From IMG/VR virus record IMGVR_UViG_3300042923_000474, positions 1 through 64,000 of that record: a stretch of 64,000 bases of DNA. One strand, written 5' to 3'. The notes beneath the pieces are model-generated. The model searched no databases, was not told the DNA's origin, and was given only the letters and a program-made list of their open reading frames with translations. Shown here piece after piece: positions 46,217-55,820 of this stretch (the first letter of the stretch is position 1; the number at the start of each line of letters is the position of its first letter). The position numbers were made by a program, and so were the translations under genes.

Positions 46217-47473
46217 ATGCGTAAATTTGGCAATCGCCGCCCGTCCGTCGGCGGCATGGCGCTGGAAAACATTGAAGGCGCCGATCAAACTGCAGCCGAA
46301 ATCGATCTGGACACCGACAGCCAACACGGCGACGGCGCTGACCAGGCTCTGTTGGAGCTGAAAGACGTTCAGAACGATCAAGACGGCAACGAAGCCGCCG
46401 TGGGCGACCTGGAAAACACCGTCGCTGCTCTGGAATCCCTGCTGGAAACCGCAGAAGCTGCCACCGAAACCGGCGGTCTGGACCCAGTTGCTGCTGACCT
46501 GCTGCAAAAAGCGGTCGAGAACGAAACTGCTCCACTGGGCACCCCAGCTGAAGAAGTCGTTCCTGCCCTGGAAAACTTCCAGTCGCCGTCCAACCGTCGT
46601 CAAGCCACCGTCATGGCGTGCGAAGGCATCCGCGAGTGGATCGACAAAGTCTGGGCCAAGATCAAAGAGCTGATCCAGAAAGGTCGTGACCTGGCCAAGA
46701 AAGCCTACGTCGCGGTCAAGCAGTTCATCCAGCGTATCGAGCCGCGCATCAAGGCGCTGCAAGCTGACCTGGGTAACCGCAACTTCTCGATGCCGAAATC
46801 CGGCAACGTCAGCGTCAGCGGCGAATGGGCTCTGAGCGAAGTGGGCAAGCTGGAAAAGCTGGCCGACTCGATCCTGACCAAATACACCGCCGGCGCAATC
46901 GCGCACGCCAAGTCGATCGCTTCCGCTCTGTCGGCCGGCGATGCTGCCAAGGCTGCCGAAGGCGAAGAGAAGAAAGAGCAAGCCGCTCCAGAATTCACCG
47001 TTCCTGCTGACCTGGCGCGCGCCGTCAAGCCTGCTCTGGACGCTGACTTCTTCTCCGGCCTGCCTGGCGGTCGTGTCATGGCTTCGGCCGGTGACGTCCT
47101 GACCATCCGCACCAAAACTGCGGGTGCCAAAGGCGGCGCTGAAGGTTCGAAAGCAGCCGGCGAAGCTGACATCAAGTCGGCTCTGGACAGCCTGGCCAAC
47201 GTGGCCAAAGTTGTTATCGGCTACGAGAAGAACTTCCAGGAGAAGGACCGTGCGCAGGAAGAAGTTATCCGCGCTGGTGACACCTTCGCCAAGAAGGCCA
47301 AGGCGAACGACAAAGGCGACGACGCTCAGGCTCGCGCTGCTGTCAACGCTGCCAAGGATGCCGGTCGTTACCTCGACCAGCCTGCCAAGGACACCCTGAA
47401 CTACCTGGTCACCGCGATCAACGGCTACTGCACCACGATCGCCGGCCACCTGAAGCACTACGACAAGAAGTAA
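46217..47473 (+). CDS. Abundant inner-head/ejection protein of the phiKZ gp93 paralog family
   Basis: Acidic propeptide with repeated ALE sites, then VMACE|GIREWIDKVWAKIKELI amphipathic helix; extreme codon bias. Confidence 0.75.
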   Translation: MRKFGNRRPSVGGMALENIEGADQTAAEIDLDTDSQHGDGADQALLELKDVQNDQDGNEAAVGDLENTVAALESLLETAEAATETGGLDPVAADLLQKAVENETAPLGTPAEEVVPALENFQSPSNRRQATVMACEGIREWIDKVWAKIKELIQKGRDLAKKAYVAVKQFIQRIEPRIKALQADLGNRNFSMPKSGNVSVSGEWALSEVGKLEKLADSILTKYTAGAIAHAKSIASALSAGDAAKAAEGEEKKEQAAPEFTVPADLARAVKPALDADFFSGLPGGRVMASAGDVLTIRTKTAGAKGGAEGSKAAGEADIKSALDSLANVAKVVIGYEKNFQEKDRAQEEVIRAGDTFAKKAKANDKGDDAQARAAVNAAKDAGRYLDQPAKDTLNYLVTAINGYCTTIAGHLKHYDKK

Positions 47474-47501
47474 TTCGCGTCTAGCGCCGATGGCGTTGTA
47501 A

Positions 47502-47540
47502 ATAAAAGCCGGGCCTTAGGGTCCGGCTTTTATGCTGTCG
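47502..47540 (+). terminator. Intrinsic terminator
   Basis: ATAAAAGCCGGGCC-TTAG-GGTCCGGCTTTTAT followed by GCTGTC. Confidence 0.85.
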
Positions 47541-47581
47541 TTTGAACATGCTATGAACGCTTCCCTCTAAGGACTACCAAC

Positions 47582-49162
47582 ATGCCCAACGGTAACTTTG
47601 CCATCGGGAACACCTACGAGACGACAACCCGCCCCGTGGCTTGGGCCGTGGCAAAAGATTGCCTTGCTCGTTTAGGGTTCGCCGAGGGTGCCTTCTTGAA
47701 CTTTGTCGGGCACTATGAAAAGACCCAGACAAAAGACACCGCCATTGACGACTATCAGAACAAGAACTGGTTCGGTACTAACACCGAAGCGATTCTGCAA
47801 GTCGAAGAAGATCCGATCATTGAAAGGATCTACGAGGCGTCCGTCATCCGACTGGATAACGTCCCTGTGTTCAAAGACGCAGAGACCCACACTTACATCC
47901 GCCCCATCTACCAACCCGTCAAGATGACCTTGCGCTTTCGCTTGCGTTGTAAAGATGAGGTGGAGGCTAACCGCTACCGCGACGACACATGGGCACGATC
48001 CCATCTGTTACGCCATGAGGGGCTGCATGAGCTTACTTACCACTGGCAACTGCCTAAGGTCTACCTTGTCATCTTGCAGGAGATCTGGAAGCTCCAGGAG
48101 GCTCACGACAAGACAGGGACTTCATTCGGTAAATACTTGCGTGATCGCTTCGATCCTCGCATTGACACCGTGACCAACTTGGCTGGTAAAGAGGCTACGT
48201 TGGTTGTACCGGAAGATCAAGTCCGTGCGTTGGGTTGGTTTGACTTTGCTGGGGTGATGGAAAAACCTACCTTCAACAAAGACAACGGTACGTGGGATCT
48301 GGAATGGTCGTACAGTCTGGTCTATGACAAACCTGTCGAAGCTGCCATGACTTATCCGCTGGTGGTTCGCCAGAAGATGATCGGGCCAGACTTCCGTCCA
48401 ACCAAGGGCATGTACAAACTCGACGACAAAGATCCAAGTCTGTCGAACGTGCAGCGCTCGCTGTTCAGCTTCTTCAACGTGTGGGTGCCGCCCAAGGGGA
48501 TTCTGGATCGTCGTTATCCAGACTTCGACACGTGGGAGCCAGAGGCGCCTACCTACGGCTGCATGGATCTGTGGATTGGCATGCTCGGGCTTAAGCTTGA
48601 GAACCGCCGTGATCTCGTGTCCGTTAACCGCCTAGGTGAGCATAAGCTCTCCGACGCTGCCCTCACCCTGTTGATGGATGAGCGTGAGTACGTCTGTAAC
48701 CCCCGTCAGAGCATTTTCGAGATTGGGGTGTACTCTGACAACGAAAGAGCCTTCCCTGATCAGGTGACGCTCGGTGAGGACGGCATTGTGCGGGCCAACT
48801 TTGACCTGTCAATGATTCCGATCTATCACGTCGTGGTTTCGTTCCGTACGGATCTGCGCACCCTCGACCCTGAGAACATCCCTCGCATTACCAAGAACGC
48901 CTGCAAGGTCTACGGCGTATTGGCAGAGATGTATCCTCGTGCTGTTGAGTTGGGCCTACTCCCATTACCCAGCAAGCGCTGTCAGTGGACATGGGATCAG
49001 TGGCAACAGATCGTTGAGGTCGTCAGCCCCCCACCACGTCGCCCTAATCCCAACCCTGGAGTGGGAGGCGGAACCTCTGTCTCAGCTAACCAACGTCGTC
49101 TAGCCATGCAGACGGTAGGCACATACACCATCATTACCCGGAGAGACAAAAATGTTGATTGA
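47582..49162 (+). CDS. Virion structural protein (possible neck/tail-terminator)
   Basis: AAGGA SD; position in the structural block. Function is inferred. Confidence 0.55.
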   Translation: MPNGNFAIGNTYETTTRPVAWAVAKDCLARLGFAEGAFLNFVGHYEKTQTKDTAIDDYQNKNWFGTNTEAILQVEEDPIIERIYEASVIRLDNVPVFKDAETHTYIRPIYQPVKMTLRFRLRCKDEVEANRYRDDTWARSHLLRHEGLHELTYHWQLPKVYLVILQEIWKLQEAHDKTGTSFGKYLRDRFDPRIDTVTNLAGKEATLVVPEDQVRALGWFDFAGVMEKPTFNKDNGTWDLEWSYSLVYDKPVEAAMTYPLVVRQKMIGPDFRPTKGMYKLDDKDPSLSNVQRSLFSFFNVWVPPKGILDRRYPDFDTWEPEAPTYGCMDLWIGMLGLKLENRRDLVSVNRLGEHKLSDAALTLLMDEREYVCNPRQSIFEIGVYSDNERAFPDQVTLGEDGIVRANFDLSMIPIYHVVVSFRTDLRTLDPENIPRITKNACKVYGVLAEMYPRAVELGLLPLPSKRCQWTWDQWQQIVEVVSPPPRRPNPNPGVGGGTSVSANQRRLAMQTVGTYTIITRRDKNVD

Positions 49163-50528
49163 AGTTGACCCGGCCAAGCCAAAAAAAGAAGCCAGTGGTC
49201 GTGTAGTCCCGATGGACATGAGCACGGCTCTGGTGCAGTCCCGCTTCCAGCCTCGTGAGTCGTTGATCACGATGATGGCGGGTTCCATCTTCTCCACCAC
49301 GTGGTTCTTCCAAGTGGGTGGCACTGCCGATGCCCCTAAGCCTCAGCAATTGGAACAGGACGCACCGTGGCAACAATATGAACGTGTCAACAATTACGAG
49401 ACACGTTTGCAGGGCGACCTCTCTTTCTCCTACGTGGAAGAATCGGGAGATCGCACGGTTACTGGCACTCTGCAGACTTACCCCGGTAGGCAGCCAAATG
49501 TTGGCGACCCGTTCCTGGCCGATGCTGGCGACGGGCGTGTGGGGCACTTTGAGGTGACCAACGTTGAACCACTGACCTGGATGAATCAGGCGTGCTACAG
49601 CGTGCAGTTTGTCCTCAAGGCTCGCAATGATCCGATTCGCTTGGCTGACCTTGAAAAGAAAACCGTCGAGACGTTTCAGTTCGTCACCGACTTTATCCGC
49701 TTTGGCAAGAACCCCGTTCTGATCGACTCGCTGTACCAAGACTACCGCACGCTGTTTCGCACCAGCGAGACAATGATCGGTGAGTACATGCGTTTGTTCT
49801 TCAGTGAGGTTAGCCAAACCCTCATGATTCCTGGACAGGCTACAAACTGCTATGATCCCTTTCTGGTTTCTGCTGTGCTCGGCGTTCTTGAAACTACCGA
49901 ACACCCACTACTGCGCAAAGTCTCGGCCCACAACACCGACGCCCAGTACGCTTTTCGAACCACCACGATCTGGGATGCCCTCCTGCAAATGGAGCCCAGT
50001 CACATCCACCTCTCGTGCCAGCGCCTTGGTCTAGCCACCAAAGCCGTTGTCCGTACCCGCGCTAACTACGGCGGGGCCTATTGGGCGCAGATCGACCACA
50101 TCATGTTTCCTATGGAAGCGCGTGAAGATGTGGACGCCATGCGCACTGGGCCAACCTACACCGCTACCCATCGTCTGGACCCAGGGCCTGCACCTGTCCG
50201 TGACTTCAACCGACTGATCCGTGAGAAAGACACCACCAGTGTTCGTATCGTGGAGAAGTTGGAAGAGCGTGACCGCGTGGTTAACATTCACGATGTCACG
50301 GTCGACGATTACTACGTGTTCAGCAAGGCCTTCTATGAAGAAGACGCGGCTGGCATGAGTCATTTGGAGAAACTTGTCTGGGCTGTCCTCAATCAGGGCG
50401 AACTGGATGTCCCTAAACTGGCTCAGTTGGTCCGCCAGTCGAAGTATTGGGATAAGCTCGAACGTTTCTACTACGTGCCAGTGCTGATGATTCTTTGCAT
50501 CTTGGCAATGCGAGGACCTTCGATATGA
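49152..50528 (+). CDS. Virion structural protein (possible T4 gp14-like neck protein)
   Basis: PNVGDPFLADAGDGRVGHFEVTNV resembles the head-closure pattern; GGAG SD. Confidence 0.55.
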   Translation: MLIEVDPAKPKKEASGRVVPMDMSTALVQSRFQPRESLITMMAGSIFSTTWFFQVGGTADAPKPQQLEQDAPWQQYERVNNYETRLQGDLSFSYVEESGDRTVTGTLQTYPGRQPNVGDPFLADAGDGRVGHFEVTNVEPLTWMNQACYSVQFVLKARNDPIRLADLEKKTVETFQFVTDFIRFGKNPVLIDSLYQDYRTLFRTSETMIGEYMRLFFSEVSQTLMIPGQATNCYDPFLVSAVLGVLETTEHPLLRKVSAHNTDAQYAFRTTTIWDALLQMEPSHIHLSCQRLGLATKAVVRTRANYGGAYWAQIDHIMFPMEAREDVDAMRTGPTYTATHRLDPGPAPVRDFNRLIREKDTTSVRIVEKLEERDRVVNIHDVTVDDYYVFSKAFYEEDAAGMSHLEKLVWAVLNQGELDVPKLAQLVRQSKYWDKLERFYYVPVLMILCILAMRGPSI

Positions 50529-51148
50529 ACAACGGTCGAACCAAGCTTAAGCCTGACCGTCCCAGTAGCCTGAGTGCTGCTGAGAAAATCTCGGTCAGGT
50601 TGTATGAGGTCTTCGTACCTCGGTTGTTTCTGCAGGACGCAGAGGCAGCTGCCTTCTACGGCAGTATGGCTCAAGACAACCCGATGGCGCAGAAGGAGCA
50701 GGAACAAGGCGACATGCGCGTCAACCTGCCCGGCATCAAAATGGCTGACCTGTTTGTTAAGGGCTGCAAGCCATGGTTCTTGAAGCCTGAAACCAGCCGG
50801 GTCCTGTATCTGGATTTGGTGGAGTATCTCAAGGAAGCAGAACACCACTTCAACAACTCGCCGAACTCCAACCGCTGGACGCCAGAGTTTCTGGACAACC
50901 TGCTCAAGATCGAGAACTTCGCTCAATGGCTCTTGGGCATCGCCAAGCCTTACCTCACCGAAGTGGACACCGGCCCTACCCGCGATCAGTTGGCAGGCTA
51001 CCGTCGTATCACTCCGTTGGCGCGTAAGACGGTTACGCAGTTGGAAGAGGAAAGCAAGCAACGCGAACACTTCGCCCAAGATCACACCCGTGTTGTTGAC
51101 GAGATGATCGAACGGCATGTGGCTCGTAGTCGCAGAGGGTGGCATTGA
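50525..51148 (+). CDS. Conserved hypothetical protein
   Basis: ATGA coupling at 50525; GAGG SD. Confidence 0.75.
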   Translation: MNNGRTKLKPDRPSSLSAAEKISVRLYEVFVPRLFLQDAEAAAFYGSMAQDNPMAQKEQEQGDMRVNLPGIKMADLFVKGCKPWFLKPETSRVLYLDLVEYLKEAEHHFNNSPNSNRWTPEFLDNLLKIENFAQWLLGIAKPYLTEVDTGPTRDQLAGYRRITPLARKTVTQLEEESKQREHFAQDHTRVVDEMIERHVARSRRGWH

Positions 51149-52518
51149 TGGAGACGCGCAAGTCAACGGTGCTGGAGGAGATCCATGCGATCTTCCAGGA
51201 CGGGTCCAAGCCCGTTCACTTTGTGTGGAAGTGTACGTTGGAAGTCAACGGTGAAGTCATCGAACCTCACCGCACCTTCAACATCGACATCCATCGCCAC
51301 TACGGCGAGGACTATGCTGAGCAGATCATGGCCGAACTGCAGATCGCACCCTCGCAGTACGTGGACAAGGTCTACCCCAACCGCCAGAACATCACAGCCA
51401 CCCTGTACCAGATTCCGTTAAACGAAGATGGTTCAGAGAACTGGGACGAGAAGCGCTACTTGCAGATCTACCGGGGCATGATCAAAGGCGGTAAGGACAT
51501 GAAGCTGAACCCCGGCCGAGAGCAGGGGACCAGTGAAGACCTTGACATGGGCGGGCACGTGGTGGTGGAGTTCCAGCTGGTGTCTCGTGCACTGGAGCAG
51601 CTGCGTCTCAAATTGCCGGGAGGCATCTATCGGGATACCACAGCGGGTCGTGTGCTCAAGTCGATCTTTGACCAAGAGCGTACCCGTATCAAGGTGGACA
51701 GCATTGAAGCGATCACCGGTGTTGACATGGTGCCACCCGATAACAAGGTGACCCGTGAACACATCGTGGTTGACCATGGTCTGCAATTGATCCAGTTGCC
51801 GCGGTTCCTGCAAGACAGCTGTGGCGGTGTGTACAACGCTGACATTGGTTTCTTCTTGCAAGGCGACAAGTGGTACATCTGGCCCAAGTACGGGTTGGAA
51901 CGCAAGGAACGAGAGAAGAAGGTCCTCACCATCTTTGACGTCCCGGCTAACCAGTTCCCAGGCGTGGAGCGTACCTACCGTGAAACACTGGGTCAGGTGA
52001 TCATCCTCTGTACCGGTAAGTCTTCCAACTCTGATGTCAGTGAAGTGCTGGACTTGAACCAAGGTAACGGCATTCGGTTTACTGACGCCATGCAGATGTT
52101 GGACGGCATTGTCAAGATGGATAACGGAGTACCGATCGCCCGTCGTGGCGCTTCGGCTTCTGAGTTCGTCGACTCTGTCCGAGAAACTGGTTTGAACTTC
52201 GCACCCATCGCTGCAGAGCGTATCACTTCCAACGCCATGCAGATGGCTAGCCGTCTGGCACCTCGTAAGGGGATGACCATGCAGCTGGAGTGGGAGAACG
52301 CAAACCCTTTCGTGATCTATCCGGGCATGCCTGTGATCATGTACACCCCTCGCAACGGTGTGCTGGAAGAACGTAAGGGTGTAGTGGCGGATGCTCAGTT
52401 CTTTATCGCCCCAAGAGCCAAGACAGCCAAGAACTCCCAGCAAGCATGTGTGGGACACCTCGCAGTCTTCGTTTCCAGAGCGACAACAGAAGATCAGCTA
52501 CCTGACATACCAACGTAA
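51148..52518 (+). CDS. Conserved protein, tentatively baseplate-hub-like
   Basis: TGATG coupling; beta-rich; hub function is inference only. Confidence 0.5.
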   Translation: METRKSTVLEEIHAIFQDGSKPVHFVWKCTLEVNGEVIEPHRTFNIDIHRHYGEDYAEQIMAELQIAPSQYVDKVYPNRQNITATLYQIPLNEDGSENWDEKRYLQIYRGMIKGGKDMKLNPGREQGTSEDLDMGGHVVVEFQLVSRALEQLRLKLPGGIYRDTTAGRVLKSIFDQERTRIKVDSIEAITGVDMVPPDNKVTREHIVVDHGLQLIQLPRFLQDSCGGVYNADIGFFLQGDKWYIWPKYGLERKEREKKVLTIFDVPANQFPGVERTYRETLGQVIILCTGKSSNSDVSEVLDLNQGNGIRFTDAMQMLDGIVKMDNGVPIARRGASASEFVDSVRETGLNFAPIAAERITSNAMQMASRLAPRKGMTMQLEWENANPFVIYPGMPVIMYTPRNGVLEERKGVVADAQFFIAPRAKTAKNSQQACVGHLAVFVSRATTEDQLPDIPT

Positions 52519-52525
52519 GCTTATC

Positions 52526-52571
52526 GCTCTCTACGGGCCTTACAGAGGCTCGTAGGGGGCTTTATGCTGTC
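52526..52571 (+). terminator. Intrinsic terminator
   Basis: GCTCTCTACGGGCCT-TACAG-AGGCTCGTAGGGGGC followed by TTTATGCTGTC. Confidence 0.85.
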
Positions 52572-52588
52572 GGATATTAAAGTATCTC

Positions 52589-52610
52589 AGACCTAGACTA
52601 TCAATTTGAA
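52589..52610 (+). promoter_or_regulatory. Putative early promoter motif, copy 4
   Basis: AGACCTAGACTATCAATTTGAA, immediately after a terminator. Confidence 0.65.
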
Positions 52611-52636
52611 CACTATCCCGTTAAAAGGAATTCAAA

Positions 52637-52663
52637 ATGAATCGTTTGGAAGTTGTCGTATGA
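52637..52663 (+). CDS. 8-aa leader peptide MNRLEVVV coupled to the next gene
   Basis: AAAGGA SD; its TGA overlaps ATG 52660 (ATGA). Confidence 0.4.
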   Translation: MNRLEVVV

Positions 52664-53118
52664 GCGTGACGTACTTCGTAGTTGCAAAGCCCGGTCAGAT
52701 CAAGAAGGCCCCCAACCTGCAGTATGCGGCCTACGTCGGAACGCTTGCAGGCTTCAAAGCTGAAACCGGTGACACCCTCAAAGAGTTCCAGATCACTACC
52801 CTCAGCGAACACGCGTCCAAGCATGTCTCGGTGATGGTGGCTACGCTGAACTCCGCTAACTTCCACAGCGATAAGGTGTACTTCATTGTAGACCTCGGCT
52901 ATGAGAAGTTGGATGATTTGGTGGATGACATCAACGCAGACCTCTGCTCAATGAAGTGGCGTTGGGTGGCATCGTGGTTGGCCGAGTGGACGCTAGAGGT
53001 TGGCGTTCACGATTATCAGGTGGCAGGCTTCAGAGACACTGCTGTTCAGGCACTGATCTTTGACCACGGCGCTGCCAAGGTACGCAAGAACTTCATCACT
53101 GACCTGGCTGCGGTCTAG
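52660..53118 (+). CDS. Hypothetical accessory (early) protein
   Basis: Start moved to ATG 52660 because the ORF-track start lies in the promoter motif. Confidence 0.7.
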   Translation: MSVTYFVVAKPGQIKKAPNLQYAAYVGTLAGFKAETGDTLKEFQITTLSEHASKHVSVMVATLNSANFHSDKVYFIVDLGYEKLDDLVDDINADLCSMKWRWVASWLAEWTLEVGVHDYQVAGFRDTAVQALIFDHGAAKVRKNFITDLAAV

Positions 53119-53127
53119 GAGAAACAC

Positions 53128-53577
53128 ATGAGCTTTACATTTGTTCACCACGCTCCATTGGGTCGTGGCGTTGATCCAAACAGCGAAGGCGACGTTCGCT
53201 ATCTGTACAGCTATCTGGATTTCTTGGATGGCGTTGATACCGGTGGTTCTTACATCGGTGGTGGTGTTGTGTTCCCGGACGTGGAAGACCCTGAGTTTGA
53301 GATTCAGATCTATCGCATCCTGGACCAGAACGTCCACAACGAAAAGCTGTACCTGATCTTTGAAATAAACATGGACCTCAAAGTCATGCTGACCGATAAG
53401 GGCCCTCTCTGGGATCGAGTTATGCGTCAGGTTAAATGGCACACCACCGAAGGCGGCGGCGGGCAGTGTGTAAATATCTATCAGGCAGGCAACGCAGCGG
53501 TGTTCGTCCTTGAATCCAATAAAGGAATGGACAGCGTCATTACCCAACAGTCCCGCTCGCAGTTTAAGGCGGTCTAA
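53128..53577 (+). CDS. Hypothetical accessory protein
   Basis: AGGAG SD. Confidence 0.75.
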   Translation: MSFTFVHHAPLGRGVDPNSEGDVRYLYSYLDFLDGVDTGGSYIGGGVVFPDVEDPEFEIQIYRILDQNVHNEKLYLIFEINMDLKVMLTDKGPLWDRVMRQVKWHTTEGGGGQCVNIYQAGNAAVFVLESNKGMDSVITQQSRSQFKAV

Positions 53578-53589
53578 CAGGAGAATGCA

Positions 53590-53946
53590 ATGTACGGTAA
53601 TAACAAGTTCGGTGAGGAGATAATCCCAGCTGATCCTGAAATGCACATCCACCACACTGAATTCTACAAACGGAATCCACTGGCTCGACGGCTGGCAGAT
53701 TCTCCTTTAAAGAAGATTGGCCTCTTGCATGTATTGGTACTACTCTTCTTCATTGGCCTTGGAGCTACTTATGCATTACAAGAACTGGTCGGCACTGGAC
53801 TTGGCACTGATCCTGGAGTTGACACTCCAAAAGGATGGGGACAAGCAAGAGAATATCCGCTCAACCTTAACCAGCCTGTCGAGCCCCGACAAGGTGTGGA
53901 AACACGGGGACGAGTCTCTGCCTCTGTACTGCCGGAGTCTGCTTGA
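53590..53946 (+). CDS. Small predicted membrane protein
   Basis: AGGAG SD; hydrophobic IGLLHVLVLLFFIGLGATYAL; 3' half overlaps the next gene. Confidence 0.5.
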   Translation: MYGNNKFGEEIIPADPEMHIHHTEFYKRNPLARRLADSPLKKIGLLHVLVLLFFIGLGATYALQELVGTGLGTDPGVDTPKGWGQAREYPLNLNQPVEPRQGVETRGRVSASVLPESA

Positions 53947-54187
53947 CTTACCCGACCCTGTGAAGGCCACACGCGATGTGGTCAACAACTTCTACGAGCT
54001 GTTCACACAGTCGGACGAGTTTGAAGAACAGGTCAGCGTCAGCGAGACGGTAGAAGCAAAGCTTACTGATGCATTGCTCGATACAGTGGCTTCGGTTTAC
54101 CACGAACTGGTGGCGGACGACCTCACCCAACGTCTCCGCGATATCGGTACTGGAAAGATTCCTTTGGATCAGGTACACGTAGTCTGA
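53771..54187 (+). CDS. Hypothetical protein
   Basis: GGAG SD before ATG 53771; genome-typical codon usage. Confidence 0.65.
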   Translation: MHYKNWSALDLALILELTLQKDGDKQENIRSTLTSLSSPDKVWKHGDESLPLYCRSLLDLPDPVKATRDVVNNFYELFTQSDEFEEQVSVSETVEAKLTDALLDTVASVYHELVADDLTQRLRDIGTGKIPLDQVHVV

Positions 54188-54189
54188 CT

Positions 54190-54253
54190 GCGGCATAAAG
54201 CCTCCCTCCCACCTACGGGTGGGAGGGAGTTATGCTGTCACTGTTTTTTTTTT
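54190..54253. terminator. Bidirectional terminator
   Basis: GCGGCATAAA + CTCCCTCCCACC-TACG-GGTGGGAGGGAG + TTATGCTGTC + T10. Confidence 0.85.
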
Positions 54254-54256
54254 GTC

Positions 54257-55807
54257 TTAGAAGTCAGTCATGAAGTTGGTCATGTCAGCCTGATCTTCAC
54301 CGACCTTACGCATGGAGCGATCTGGACCATTGACGTCATCAGGGAAACCAGGCGCCAGGTTCTCCGAGAACTTGTACACCCAGTACAGGTCACGACTTGG
54401 GGTGATGGAACTGATACGGTGCTTACCGCGTCGGTTAGTCAGGTAGGCATTCCCGCCGAACTCAACGATGTGGCAGTAGATCTCCATGTCCAGTTCCTGG
54501 TGTAGGGTACGGCAACCGTCGTAGTAACCACGACCAGCCACTTCGTTAACCAGCTGCTCAGTCACACCCATCTTGGTCAGGTTCAACGCCTCAGACGACA
54601 TCTGGTGCGCTGTGATCAAACCAATCTTCTTCTTGTTGAAGAAGTTACGCACTCGGGAGTACAGGTTCTTGACGTCAGCCCCTGTCATGCCCTGAGTACA
54701 GCCTTCCTTGTTCAACTTCGCCAGGTAGTCGATCACACACAGCTGGATCTCGTAACCGAGCTTCTCGTAGTATTCGATCAGGGCGAACAGTTTACGGAAG
54801 TTGGAGTTGTCAGGGTCAACCCGGATGAACTCAACCTTCCAACCATTCTTCTCCAAACGATCCTTAACAACCGCCGACACCTCTTCAATCGACATGTTGA
54901 TGGTTTTAGGATCGACACGAATACCTTGCTCATTGAGCATGATCTGTGCGTAGACGCCTTTGTAGTTGTCCTCCACCGACTGCTCGTAAGAGATGTGCAG
55001 CAGTAGAGGAATCCTGCCGGGCGTGACCAGCGGGAAGTTGTACTGCGCTGCCTGCCGGAAATAGTTCAGCACCTTACCGGATTTGAAGTTGTGAGACAGA
55101 GCCGAGACGCAGAGCACGTCCACACGACGCAGGCCTTCCGCATCACCGAATGCACGGTTGTCACCCTGCCAGCCAAACTTGAAGACATAGTCAGCGATTG
55201 GGTCGTCTTCACCTTCTTCTGACTTGAACTGATCTTTGATGTTATCGAGTTCGCCAACAGCGATACGCTCCATCACACCCAGATCTTCTAGGCCACCTAC
55301 GCCGCCCACGCGGTGATAAGGTTCGAGTTCCAGAACCAGATCACGAACGAATGTGGACCAGTCAATCTTGGCCCCTTCGAACATGAGCTTACGGCGAGCC
55401 TTCGCAATGATTTGATCTACAGCCAACTTAGCCTGATAGCTTTGGATGTCGTAGATGGTGCGATCGCGGTACTGGGCCATCTTCTCATTGTCGTCTGAGA
55501 TGTCCAAGAACCCGATGAACGCTTCAACAATAAACGACTCGCCCTGTGCGTTCATCGTTATTCTTTGAAGTAGGTCCTCACGGCCGACTGGTGTGCCTTC
55601 GCCGACACACTGCACCAACCACCCGGCCGTGCTAAGCAGGCCTTCAAGGATTTCTCGCCCGTAGTCGTTCTCTGCACCGGCGTTGGGTAACTCCGTGGTG
55701 TTGATAATCTCACGAGCCAAAGTGAGTATGTCATCACTGCGAGTCCCGAGCAGGCCTTCGACGTGCAGCAACGAAATGACTTTGATCAGCAGGAGTTTGT
55801 TATCCAT
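54257..55807 (-). CDS. dnaB: DnaB-like replicative helicase (phiKZ gp118-like)
   Basis: Variant P-loop SALSHNFKSG, Walker B CVIDYL, TAHQ and RGKHR; lies just before the capsid gene. Confidence 0.85.
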   Translation of the reverse strand: MDNKLLLIKVISLLHVEGLLGTRSDDILTLAREIINTTELPNAGAENDYGREILEGLLSTAGWLVQCVGEGTPVGREDLLQRITMNAQGESFIVEAFIGFLDISDDNEKMAQYRDRTIYDIQSYQAKLAVDQIIAKARRKLMFEGAKIDWSTFVRDLVLELEPYHRVGGVGGLEDLGVMERIAVGELDNIKDQFKSEEGEDDPIADYVFKFGWQGDNRAFGDAEGLRRVDVLCVSALSHNFKSGKVLNYFRQAAQYNFPLVTPGRIPLLLHISYEQSVEDNYKGVYAQIMLNEQGIRVDPKTINMSIEEVSAVVKDRLEKNGWKVEFIRVDPDNSNFRKLFALIEYYEKLGYEIQLCVIDYLAKLNKEGCTQGMTGADVKNLYSRVRNFFNKKKIGLITAHQMSSEALNLTKMGVTEQLVNEVAGRGYYDGCRTLHQELDMEIYCHIVEFGGNAYLTNRRGKHRISSITPSRDLYWVYKFSENLAPGFPDDVNGPDRSMRKVGEDQADMTNFMTDF

Positions 55808-55820
55808 GTACCGGTCCTAT

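Noticed and set aside
53706-53712. Slippery T TTA AAG in ORF 53590
   Set aside because: The -1 frame stops soon and does not lead into the overlapping ORF, which is in the +1 frame.
53590-54187. Possible embedded i-spanin/o-spanin pair
   Set aside because: The inner ORF has no signal peptide or lipobox Cys, and the outer ORF's TM helix is central rather than N-terminal.
55040-55130. Non-canonical Walker A (ALSHNFKSG) suggesting a dead helicase
   Set aside because: As I recall, this variant is typical of phiKZ-like DnaB homologs, and the other motifs are intact.
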